DNA from: the human T2T-CHM13v2.0 reference genome, Homo sapiens
DNA: 64,000 nucleotides
Reading direction: 5' to 3'
Assembly (NCBI GenBank): GCA_009914755.4
Contig: CP068257.2
Coordinates: 35,104,001 to 35,168,000, forward strand
The notes beneath the pieces were generated by a model, which was given only the letters and a program-made list of their open reading frames with translations, made no database searches and was not told where the DNA came from. Positions 15,921 to 26,560 of the stretch are shown piece by piece; positions within the stretch are counted from its first letter, which is position 1, and every line of letters begins with the position of its first letter. Both the position numbers and the translations under genes were made by a program.

Positions 15921-16233
15921 CACTTTGGGAGGCCAAGGCGGGCGGGTCACTTGGGGTCAGGAGTTTGAGACCAGCCTGGCCAACATGGTGAAACCCCGTC
16001 TCTACTAAACAATACAAAACTTAGCCGGGCGTGGTGGCATTCGCCTGTAATCCCAGCTATTCAGGAGTCTGAGGCAGGGAGAATCTCTTGAACCCAGGAG
16101 ACGGAGGTTGCAGTGAGCCGAGATTGTACCACTGCACTCCAGCCTGGGCAAAAGAGCAAGACCCTGTCTCAAAAAAAAAAAAAAAAAAAAAAAAAAAAGC
16201 AAAAAAAAAAGCAAAAAGAAAAAAGCATGGGGC
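15921..16233 (+). mobile_element. Alu SINE, 5'-truncated, with a long interrupted A-tail.
   Basis: The sequence matches the Alu consensus starting at its ~25th base. Confidence 0.85.
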
Positions 16234-16441
16234 CATATTCCTAAGGGCTTGAATAGATTTTGAGGTTGAAGAGCTTAGCGAGCACTAGTCCTCTTGAAAT
16301 CCGTGGATGGATCCTCAGTCTGAGCCTGCTGCATCTCTTGGTTATTTTGGACCATAAACAAATTGGCCAAGTCTCCCTTAAAAGGTGAGCCCACCTCACC
16401 CCCATACGTATTATTCAATGTATTACTTTGAAAGTAATAGC

Positions 16442-16774
<333 letters not shown>

Positions 16775-17639
16775 CTATAGAGAACTTTCCAGAGGCCGCT
16801 GCTCCCTCCTCCCACAGCTGCCACTTTGAGGACACCTGGGCTGGACTCCAGCTGTGCCCTCAAGCTCTGTTGGCCCCGGTTTCCTGGTGCTGCCCACCTC
16901 CCACCTCCCACTGTTGTAGTGGGGGTAGAATGAGGCAATCCTGTGAAATGAGCTGGAAGTAGACACCATGTATCTTTTCATTAGAGAAGCAAACCCCCAA
17001 AGGAGAAGCATTGTCAGGCTTCTCTCTTTGCCATGGCCTTTGCCTATACCCTTCAGCAGTGATCTGAGTCGGCTGAGATGCAGATGTTAAGCCTGGGCAG
17101 AAAAGCGCTGCTCTCTGCATGGTCCGGGAGAGACCCCTCTCCAGCCGGTGGCATGCTCGTTACGCAACACTGCCTCATGTCCCCAGGTTCATCCTGACGG
17201 GGTGGTGGGGCTTGATGGAGACTGGATTCCTGCCTCCCAACCCCCACAATCTTCTCTCCCATGTAAAAAACAAAACCATTTCATTCTGGTTAAACCTCCT
17301 CGTTGGAAATTTAGAAAGTCAAGGAAAGCTGAAAAGAAGAAAGTGAAAATTATCTGTCATTTTCAGTCAGATAAAAGTTAATATGTATTGAGCCCTTCAG
17401 CTGTGTCTGCCAGTGTTCTAAATCCTCAAATAGATCATCTAATCTTTCAACAACCATATGAAGTAAGGACTGATTATCCTTTTTTTATAAATGAGGAAAT
17501 TGAGTCACAGGGGGGTTGGTAGCTAGTCTAGGATCACACAGTTTGTTGGAGGGGGTAGTGTATGCACGTGCCCACTTTTTCATAATTAGGGTTATACTTT
17601 ACACATTTCTGAATCTTGTCTTTTCTTCTGTTAACATTG

Positions 17640-17950
17640 TATCACACATTTCCCATAATATAACAATTTCTTATTAATCATCATTTTAATGGCTGCATAG
17701 TTTGCCATAATGTATTTACTCTTTTCCCTACCGTTGAAGAGTTAAGTCTCTCCCCACCCCTTTTCCCTGAATTTTCAGCAATATTGCAATGAAACCCTTT
17801 GTAGGTAAGTCTGTGTTTGCACACACAGACCTGCTCACAATTTCCATAGGATCAATTCCTAGAAGTGAGATCAGTGTGTCAGAGGGTGTGAGCTATCAGA
17901 CTGCTTTCCACCAACTCATCCTTCCATCACACATGAAAATGCCTCTCACT
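17640..17950 (+). mobile_element. Fragment of an old L1 LINE (ORF2 3' region).
   Basis: It carries L1 motifs (aatggctgcatag...cca... and ...ataggatcaattcctagaagtgagat...). Confidence 0.55.
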
Positions 17951-18196
17951 GGGCCAGGCGCCGTGGCTCACACCTGCAATGGCTGCATAGTTTGCCATAA
18001 TGGCAAACTATGGGAGGGCAAGGTAGGCGGACCACTTGAGGTCAGGAGTTTGAGACCAGCCTGGCCAACCTGGCAAAACTGGGGAGGCTGAGGCAGGAGA
18101 ATTGCTTGAACCCAGGAGGCAGAGGTTTCAGTGAGATCATGCCACTGCACTCCAGCCTGAGCAACACAGAGAGACTCTGTCTCAAAAAAAAAAAAA
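17951..18196 (+). mobile_element. Alu SINE, rearranged. The consensus cccagcacttt is replaced by a 31-bp palindromic insertion, and about 55 bp of the middle region is deleted.
   Basis: The flanks match the Alu consensus (gggccaggcgccgtggctcacacctg on the left, gggagggcaaggtaggcgg onward on the right). The internal foreign segment is described in the findings. Confidence 0.85.
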
Positions 18197-18225
18197 GAGA
18201 AAGAAGAGAAGAAAGAAAGAAAGAG

Positions 18226-18260
<35 letters not shown>

Positions 18261-18264
18261 GAAA
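18197..18264. repeat. (GAAA)n microsatellite.
   Basis: It runs directly from the Alu A-tail into a GAAA run. Confidence 0.9.
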
Positions 18265-18329
18265 ATGCCACTCACCATAGATTAGCCGGTGTCACCTGTT
18301 GGCCTTTCATTTTTTTTTTTTTTTAGATA

Positions 18330-18665
18330 AAATTCACCTTTCTCACCATTTTCAGTGTTTTTTAGTTATATTCACAGTGTTGAACAACTATCACCTTTAA
18401 TTCCAGAACGTTTTCATCATCCCAAAAGGAGCCTGTCACCCCAGTCCCCCTCGTGCTTCAGCCCCTGGCACCCACTCATTTGTTTTTGGACTCTGTGGAT
18501 GTGCCTATTCTGGAAGTTTCATGTAAAGGGAATCATACAATGTTTGTTTCTATTTTAATGTCTGTTGATCTGATGGATGGATCTGCCTTTGAGTTAAACA
18601 AGGGAGTTGGGCATTTGTTCATCATTTTGCCCATTATATTTATTCTTTGATCTTTGCCTATATTG
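18330..18665 (+). mobile_element. Fragment of an old L1 LINE (3'-end region).
   Basis: It carries L1 motifs (...ccagaacgttttcatcatcccaaaag...cccctggcacccact...ggactctgtggatgtgcctattctggaagtttcatgtaaagggaatcatacaatg...). Confidence 0.6.
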
Positions 18666-19734
18666 CTTTTAGGGTCTTTCTGTTTTTATCAATCTGTACG
18701 AACCCCCTATATATTAAGGTGAATAACTCCGTGCAGCATTTTCTTTTGCACCAAAATATTTTGATGTGGATGAGAAAGAGCCATCTGCAAGGTGAAAAGG
18801 AACCGTAAAGGGCCACAGACAGCCCAGGAGTGTTTGGGCAGAGACTGGGGGCTTTGCCCAGCGGTATGACAGGAAGGCTGAATTTTTGTTGCATATGAGC
18901 CTCAAAGGCTGAATTTTTGTTGGAAATGCACCTTGGGGAGTTTCCTTCAGCCCCAGCTGGTACAGTCACAGACTCAGCCCCTTTGGCCACCTCCCCAGAT
19001 CTCTGCTCAGGCAGCTGCTAGTTAGGTCCAGGGGCCAGTCCTGCCTTGAGAAGCAGGAATGTTCTGGAGCTGAGGACCCAGACATCCAAGGGTGTCTTTC
19101 TAGACTTGTGCTATCCTCCTCTTCCCTGGAGAAGCTTCACCTCTCCACTGCCCACCTGCGGGTTCTGGCACTTTCCTCCCCCACCTGCCTCCTGGAAGGC
19201 GGTGAGGTGGAATTGTGGTTTATGGGTGCACCGAGCCTTTGGCTGAGCTGCTTAGCGGCCTGGAGTTTGCACCCAAGCATAGAAGACAGGCCCATAGGCC
19301 CAATTTTCAGGAACTCTGCAGCCAAGTAGAGGTCTTTCCTACATAAACAACATAGCAAATTAATGGGCCCAAGGAAAACTGGGATTAATGGGAAGAAAAT
19401 ATAAATGGCAACAAACAGTTTCACTGTGAATACCCTCATGTTCCTGAACAGCAAACATCAGCAACAGCTTGACACTTGGTTGAATGCACTTAACTGACTA
19501 CTTTGTGTAAATAACTACATCACTCACCCCCCCTCCCCATTAAGGATTTGGGGATTAAAACATAATTGTGGCATTTTGAAAACTAAAAAGCAGATTGAAT
19601 TTTTTCATTCTGCCAGATACAAACTTTGGTGGCTAATGTTTCCCTCAATGAAAGCAATGACTGTTAAATAAGAGTTCTTAATGGGTGGGAACTCCTTGAA
19701 GCTGAAGGCAAAATTCCTGTGTGCACATGTATAT

Positions 19735-19765
19735 GCACGCGTGTGTGTGTGTGCACGCACGAGAC
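19735..19765. repeat. Imperfect (GT)n/(GCAC)n dinucleotide-like repeat.
   Basis: The sequence is gcacgcgtgtgtgtgtgtgcacgcacgag. It lies ~150 bp upstream of the SIM2 exon 8 acceptor. Confidence 0.7.
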
Positions 19766-19916
19766 GCACACAGACATGCACCCTCCAGCGGAGAAAGCCC
19801 GCCCCCTTTGTCAAGTTCTCAGAGGTGTCCTTGGGACAGAGGTCACCGTTGGGGGCAGCATCCCAGAGGTGGGGCCTGCGAAGCGTCTGAGGACTCATGT
19901 CACCTTGTGCTTGCAG

Positions 19917-20064
19917 TGTTGGTGAAGGGCCAGGTCACCACCAAGTACTACCGGCTGCTGTCCAAGCGGGGCGGCTGGGTGTGGGTGCAGAGCTACGCCA
20001 CCGTGGTGCACAACAGCCGCTCGTCCCGGCCCCACTGCATCGTGAGTGTCAATTATGTACTCAC
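19917..20064 (+). CDS. SIM2: SIM2 coding exon (exon 8), PAS-B region: [49 protein letters not shown](T).
   Basis: The acceptor is ttgtgcttgcag|TG and the donor is TCAC|gtaagt at 20065. The frame is maintained across the junction. Confidence 0.93.
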
Positions 20065-20615
20065 GTAAGTCACACGTATTTGTTTCTCTCCTTGCTCTTT
20101 TCTCTTCCCTGTCCCACATCGGATGGCTCCAATAAGCACCATCTCTCTTTCTCTCTTTCTCAAACTGTTCATTTGTCTTCTGTTTTTTTTCTTTTTTTTA
20201 ATTTTTTTTTTTTAGGAATCTGGTCATTTTGGAAGGTGCAAACTATTTCTATGCTCAGCGGTGAAAGCCAAGTGCTAGGCTGCAGGGGGAGCCAGGAGGA
20301 GGGGGCCTGCCCTGGGCATAGCTTCGGATCCCATCACAGAACCTAGTGAGGAGCATGGGGGCGGATGGTGATGCCCCCCATCCTGAATAGGGTGCAAAGA
20401 GGGTGCACACCCCCCATCAAGAATATAAACTTGTGCTATCCATGCCTATAAGCCTTTAGGTCATCTTAGATGCTCCTGCTGTTTGAGACAGGAAATATCC
20501 CATTTTTTACCTGTCTTCTTATAGAGCCTGTTACAAATTAATCATGGTGAATATTTGGTCCTTTAAACACTCCAGAAGGTCAAGTTCAGTCGCAAATGCC
20601 TTTTTTTTTTTGTAA

Positions 20616-20831
<216 letters not shown>

Positions 20832-21584
20832 TAGCTATTGTACGTTCAATCACCTTGCTCCAGGCTCTGACCCTTGCCATGCCGCCAGCCCCATGATGAA
20901 AAGAGTTCTCGTTTGCACTTTACATGGGGTGAGGATTTAGGCTCTAGGTTTGTTCATAGAATGACTGTGTCTTAGAAGTCAAGTGATTCTGACAAAACTG
21001 TCAGGGAGAAAACAGTTTAGCCCTTTAGTTATTCTTCCTGAGCAAATGTGTGGGCTGGTTCTCCAGGTCGACCTCTCCTTGTGTGAACATGACCCTGCTG
21101 AGTTGGTTCTTTAGGGCAGAGATGGGCCCCCGATGTGAGAATGCACAAAGCTGGTGGTCAGGCTCCCAGACCTGTGAAGAGTCCCGGACTCTTGCCTCCT
21201 GGGGTGCTAACTGGAGAGGCAGCTGGGCCACAGGTGTGCATGTTGGATGCAGGTGGACCTGATCAATGGTATTTCTGCCTGTCTCTTTTTCCCTTGGTGG
21301 CTTTCCTCATGGCCCACGACCTCCCCGAGCAATGTGTTTGGGGTTTTATTGGACTGGAGAGAGCTCTGACCTGGCTCAGCATTTCCTGGGGTGGCCCAGC
21401 CTGGGGCTGCAGATGGCTTTTATAATGAGGGTGAGCTGGCCTTGTCTCAAATCCCATCCACATCCAATCCCAGTGAAAAGACACACTGGAGCACTGAGAA
21501 CGCCCTGCCCAAGGGCTGGGGCCAGGGAAGCTGCTCGGCCTCCAGCGCCTGCTGGACATGACTCGGCCCACTCTCGCCTTCCAG

Positions 21585-21753
21585 GGAGATTGAATACAAG
21601 GAACTTCAGCTGTCCCTGGAGCAGGTGTCCACTGCCAAGTCCCAGGACTCCTGGAGGACCGCCTTGTCTACCTCACAAGAAACTAGGAAATTAGTGAAAC
21701 CCAAAAATACCAAGATGAAGACAAAGCTGAGAACAAACCCTTACCCCCCACAG
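21585..21753 (+). CDS. SIM2: SIM2 coding exon (exon 9): (T)EIEYKELQLSLEQVSTAKSQDSWRTALSTSQETRKLVKPKNTKMKTKLRTNPYPPQ.
   Basis: The acceptor is ctcgccttccag|G and the donor is CAG|gtaaca at 21754. The basic KPKNTKMKTK stretch is a nuclear-localisation-like segment. Confidence 0.92.
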
Positions 21754-21992
21754 GTAACACGCATGTCCTGCAGTTTTGGGGTGCTGACATCTATCCTAGG
21801 GGTTCGGGACACCTGGACACATTAAGGAATGGGGAGCCTCTCATTGCACAGCAGGGATCTCCCTGCCGTGGAGCAAGGTCCCTCTGGGATGTCTTGCCTA
21901 CACAGTAGTGACAGCCCGGGGAAGGCCGACATCCCGGTGGGCTAGTCAAGTTTAGGAAACAGAAGACTAAATTGGAAAGGCACTTCAGCCCA

Positions 21993-22462
<470 letters not shown>

Positions 22463-22507
22463 TCATTAGCAGATAGACCAGTTGAACGTCACGGCCTCCA
22501 CATTATG

Positions 22508-22683
22508 ACAAAAAAAAAAAAAAAAAGAAAGAAGGAAAAGAAAGGAAGGGAGGGAGGGAGGGAAGGAAAGACGGAAGGAAGGAAGGAAGGGAAGGAAGGA
22601 AGAAAAGAAAAAAGAAATAAAGAAAGAAAGAAAAACAAAGAAAGAAAGAGAAAGAAGGAAAAAGAGAAAGAAAGAAAGAAAGA
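22508..22683. repeat. (GAAA)n/(GGAA)n polypurine microsatellite, ~175 bp of pure purines on the plus strand.
   Basis: The run is visible directly. It lies ~240 bp upstream of the SIM2 exon 10 acceptor. Confidence 0.9.
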
Positions 22684-22921
22684 GTCCATGTGTGCCTGAT
22701 GTCTTGTTAGCTTGGGGTGGGGGATCTCTTTCCACCCTGGGAGCAGGTCACTGGGGTATCGCTCGCTGTGTGCCTGTCCCCAGTGGGACCTTGCAGTGGT
22801 GGCGAGGGTAGGGGCAGCCCTTGGATGGGGTTGGGCCCCGTCGGGACGGTTCTTGCAGGGCCGGAAGGCAGCTTCCTGCCGGCCCCTCGCTGGCCCTTCA
22901 TCCATCTTCTTTGCCATGCAG

Positions 22922-23330
22922 CAATACAGCTCGTTCCAAATGGACAAACTGGAATGCGGCCAGCTCGGAAACTGGAGAGCCAGTCCCCCTGCAAGCGCTG
23001 CTGCTCCTCCAGAACTGCAGCCCCACTCAGAAAGCAGTGACCTTCTGTACACGCCATCCTACAGCCTGCCCTTCTCCTACCATTACGGACACTTCCCTCT
23101 GGACTCTCACGTCTTCAGCAGCAAAAAGCCAATGTTGCCGGCCAAGTTCGGGCAGCCCCAAGGATCCCCTTGTGAGGTGGCACGCTTTTTCCTGAGCACA
23201 ATGCCAGCCAGCGGTGAATGCCAGTGGCATTATGCCAACCCCCTAGTGCCTAGCAGCTCGTCTCCAGCTAAAAATCCTCCAGAGCCACCGGCGAACACTG
23301 CTAGGCACAGCCTGGTGCCAAGCTACGAAG
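22922..23330 (+). CDS. SIM2: SIM2 coding exon (exon 10), Ser/Pro-rich C-terminal regulatory region: QYSSFQMDKLECGQLGNW...ARHSLVPSYE.
   Basis: The acceptor is tctttgccatgcag|CAA and the donor is GAAG|gtgggt at 23331. The exon is 409 nt, i.e. 136 codons plus 1 nt. Confidence 0.92.
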
Positions 23331-23467
23331 GTGGGTCAGGTCTGCTCGTGGGGAAGGTGGGAGGACTGCGCACGGCCGGGAGCCGAAGCAGCCATGGCGG
23401 TGGGTGGCAGATGGAGACAGAACCCTCACGCTTTGGGCAAACTTGCCCTCTTTCTGCTTCTAAGTAG
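23331..23467 (+). CDS. SIM2: Read-through extension of exon 10 that makes the SIM2 short isoform (SIM2s) terminal exon. It encodes a unique 45-aa tail, GGSGLLVGKVGGLRTAGSRSSHGGGWQMETEPSRFGQTCPLSASK, followed by a stop.
   Basis: The open frame continues past the exon-10 donor to a TAG ending at 23467. The resulting length, 525 + 45 = 570 aa, matches the known size of SIM2s. Confidence 0.75.
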
Positions 23468-24190
23468 GGCTTGCTGTGCTTTCTTGCTCTCAATGCAGGT
23501 GCTCCTCGAGAGTGAGAAATGGCAGTCTGCCTGCCTCGGGGACACTAGTGACAGTATAAAGGGCAAAGGAAAACCGAGTATCTGGCCTTCACGTAAATCC
23601 TGGCCACATTCACCAACCAAAGGGGGACAGTGATTTTCAAAACCAGCTCCCATGTGCTGAGAACACCCCAGCTGCATTTCTTTTGCAAGATTCCTTTCCA
23701 CTCCAACCAGAAGTGAATATTTGAGACAAACGGCCTATTGGCTATTTTCCCATGCCAGTTTTGGAAGTGGGGAAAACTATGGTGGAAATTTGTGGGCTTG
23801 GGGACAGAAATGCCACTCACCAACCCAGGGCAAAGAACACAAACCCTCCAGGCCTCAGTTTCTTCACCTGTAAAATGGGGTGAAGCTGTGATGTGCCTAC
23901 TCCCAAGGACACGACACACAGTAGGGACCTGCCCTGTACATGCTAGTTCAACAGAAAGGAATGGCCTTTCACCTTCTCCTGCTGGCAGGCAAGCAGATGT
24001 CCTCTGCGGAGATACCGCCAGCTCCCCAGGACGCAGACTGACTCCTGTTTGCTCGCTGGACCAACCCCAGGCAGAAGGTGGAAGGTGGGAACAGAGGTTT
24101 AGCTGCAGGACATGTATTCCCATTGCACCGAGACCTAACTGCCGCTCAGAGTGTAGACCGAGATGGTGCAGATGCCTGCAGTGCCACTAA

Positions 24191-24529
<339 letters not shown>

Positions 24530-25689
24530 AGGATGATGTGCCTCAGAAAAGCAGCACACCAGCCCCTGCTTAAGAAGACAGCTCTTGGAAGTTCCTCCAC
24601 GCCTCTCTCGAGGCAGGTAGGGCTCTGCTCCTTCTGGGCCTCATCCTGCTTTTTCTGCAAATCCTAGGAATCTCTTGCTCTGTATTGTGACTTGAGGCTG
24701 AGATAACATTTCTTCCCAAATCTGAGAAGAGAGATAGATTACGGGAGAATGCCGCCTTTCTGGAAATCACTAGGACATGTTTTTTCAGAAGTAGCTAACT
24801 TAGAAAAGACCACATTGGTGACCAGGGCCAGGCCCCCTGCCTTTTGACCTGGCCTGTCCCAGGAGCCACGGATCCCTTAGATTTGCATCTGCCATACCCG
24901 TGAACATCTTGGGCCCCTCATATAACCAAGGAAGGGATCTCCAGAACATCCAAGCAAAGGAAGACAAAGCAAAGGGTTTTGATAACAGCTGAAAGTATTA
25001 CCCACTTGAGATTGACTTGAATTTGTGTGTCGGAAGCTGGCTAATGCTGTCACATGGTATTTGACTTTTACCACTATTTTAAAAGTGAAAGAGGTTAACA
25101 ATCTCCTTATCACACACTTGATAAAAAGTGGACCAAAGGTGCTAATTTGAGGCAATTTGCGATCAGCTTCCTAGTCTTTTTGGTATTAAAGGAAGACAAA
25201 TTTTGCCATATAGTGTTTAAAAACAAACAAACAAACAAAGACAAAAAAAACCCACAAGCCAGGGAGCTACTTAATGTCAGGCATCGGACTGAGTAGATGG
25301 GAGTGGTTATTTTTCATTATGACACGGCGAAACCGATCGGGGTGGTTACCACCCCTCTCCACTAAGGGACGGGCAGAAGAAATCAGAGCAGACGGGGGCC
25401 CTCCAACACCAGGGCCCCTGGTGGCCTCTAGACCTCTGCCGTCCAATCAGGTAGCCACCAACCCCGTGTGGTCTTGAACATGGAAATGTGGCCAGTGCAG
25501 TGAGGCAGGTGTGACCTGCGCTCTGCATCTCAGGACCAAAAAAAAAAAAAAGAAAATATCCCAATAATTGTTTCACACGGATTCCATTGAGAGAGTATTT
25601 TGGATATGCTGCATTAACGTGTATTACTTAACAGGCATTCCACCTGTTTCCCTGCTTTGTAACGCGGCTCCTGGAACATTTCAGGTCGC

Positions 25690-26560
25690 GTCCTGAGATT
25701 GGACAGCACGGCCTAGACTAAGGCGGGGGAGGGCGACAGCGACCCCGCGGGTGCAGCGCGTGGGCGGCCGAGGGGTGGTGGCTGCGCCCGGGGCTTGGGG
25801 GTGGGGTGGCTGCGGCCGCGCCCCTTGCTGCCCTCTAACGTGTCGCCTGTCCCCGCAGCGCCCGCCGCCGCCGTGCGCAGGTTCGGCGAGGACACCGCGC
25901 CCCCGAGCTTCCCGAGCTGCGGCCACTACCGCGAGGAGCCCGCGCTGGGCCCGGCCAAAGCCGCCCGCCAGGCCGCCCGGGACGGGGCGCGGCTGGCGCT
26001 GGCCCGCGCGGCACCCGAGTGCTGCGCGCCCCCGACCCCCGAGGCCCCGGGCGCGCCGGCGCAGCTGCCCTTCGTGCTGCTCAACTACCACCGCGTGCTG
26101 GCCCGGCGCGGACCGCTGGGGGGCGCCGCACCCGCCGCCTCCGGCCTGGCCTGCGCTCCCGGCGGCCCCGAGGCGGCGACCGGCGCGCTGCGGCTCCGGC
26201 ACCCGAGCCCCGCCGCCACCTCCCCGCCCGGCGCGCCCCTGCCGCACTACCTGGGCGCCTCGGTCATCATCACCAACGGGAGGTGACCCGCTGGCCGCCC
26301 GCGCCAGGAGCCTGGACCCGGCCTCCCGGGGCTGCGGCGCCACCGAGCCCGGCAAATGCGCACGACCTACATTAATTTATGCAGAGACAGCTGTTTGAAT
26401 TGGACCCCGCCGCCGACTTGCGGATTTCCACCGCGGAGGCCGCGCGCGCCGGTGCCGAGGGCCGAGGAGCGCCCGGGTCCGGGCAGGTGACCGCCCGCCT
26501 CTGTCCTGCGAGGGCCGGTGCGACCCAGTTGCTGGGGGCTTGGTTTCCTCACCTTGAAAT
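25690..26560. promoter_or_regulatory. SIM2: CpG island (~870 bp, very high GC and CpG density) covering SIM2 exon 11 and its flanks.
   Basis: CG dinucleotides are dense throughout. Long ORFs are open on both strands, which is a signature of GC-rich sequence. The nearest promoter is not in the window. Confidence 0.8.
25859..26286 (+). CDS. SIM2: SIM2 terminal coding exon (exon 11), long isoform: (A)PAAAVRRFGEDTAPPSFPSCGHYREEPALG...LPHYLGASVIITNGR followed by a stop. The composition is Ala/Pro/Gly-rich.
   Basis: The acceptor is ctgtccccgcag|CG. A TGA stop lies at 26284-26286. The long-isoform total is 667 aa, and the exon sits in ~80% GC sequence. Confidence 0.92.

Noticed and set aside
22712-23467. 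A 251-aa ORF spanning SIM2 exon 10.
   Set aside because: Only the part from the acceptor at 22922 onward is coding. The upstream ~70 codons are intronic sequence that happens to be in frame. The part downstream of 23330 is the genuine SIM2s tail, reported separately.
25681-26355. A 224-aa ORF on the minus strand, and 163-215-aa ORFs in other plus-strand frames, overlapping SIM2 exon 11.
   Set aside because: They lie in ~80% GC CpG-island sequence where stop codons are rare in every frame. The peptides are Arg/Ala/Gly/Pro low-complexity. The SIM2 frame is the one supported by splice-site continuity with exon 10.
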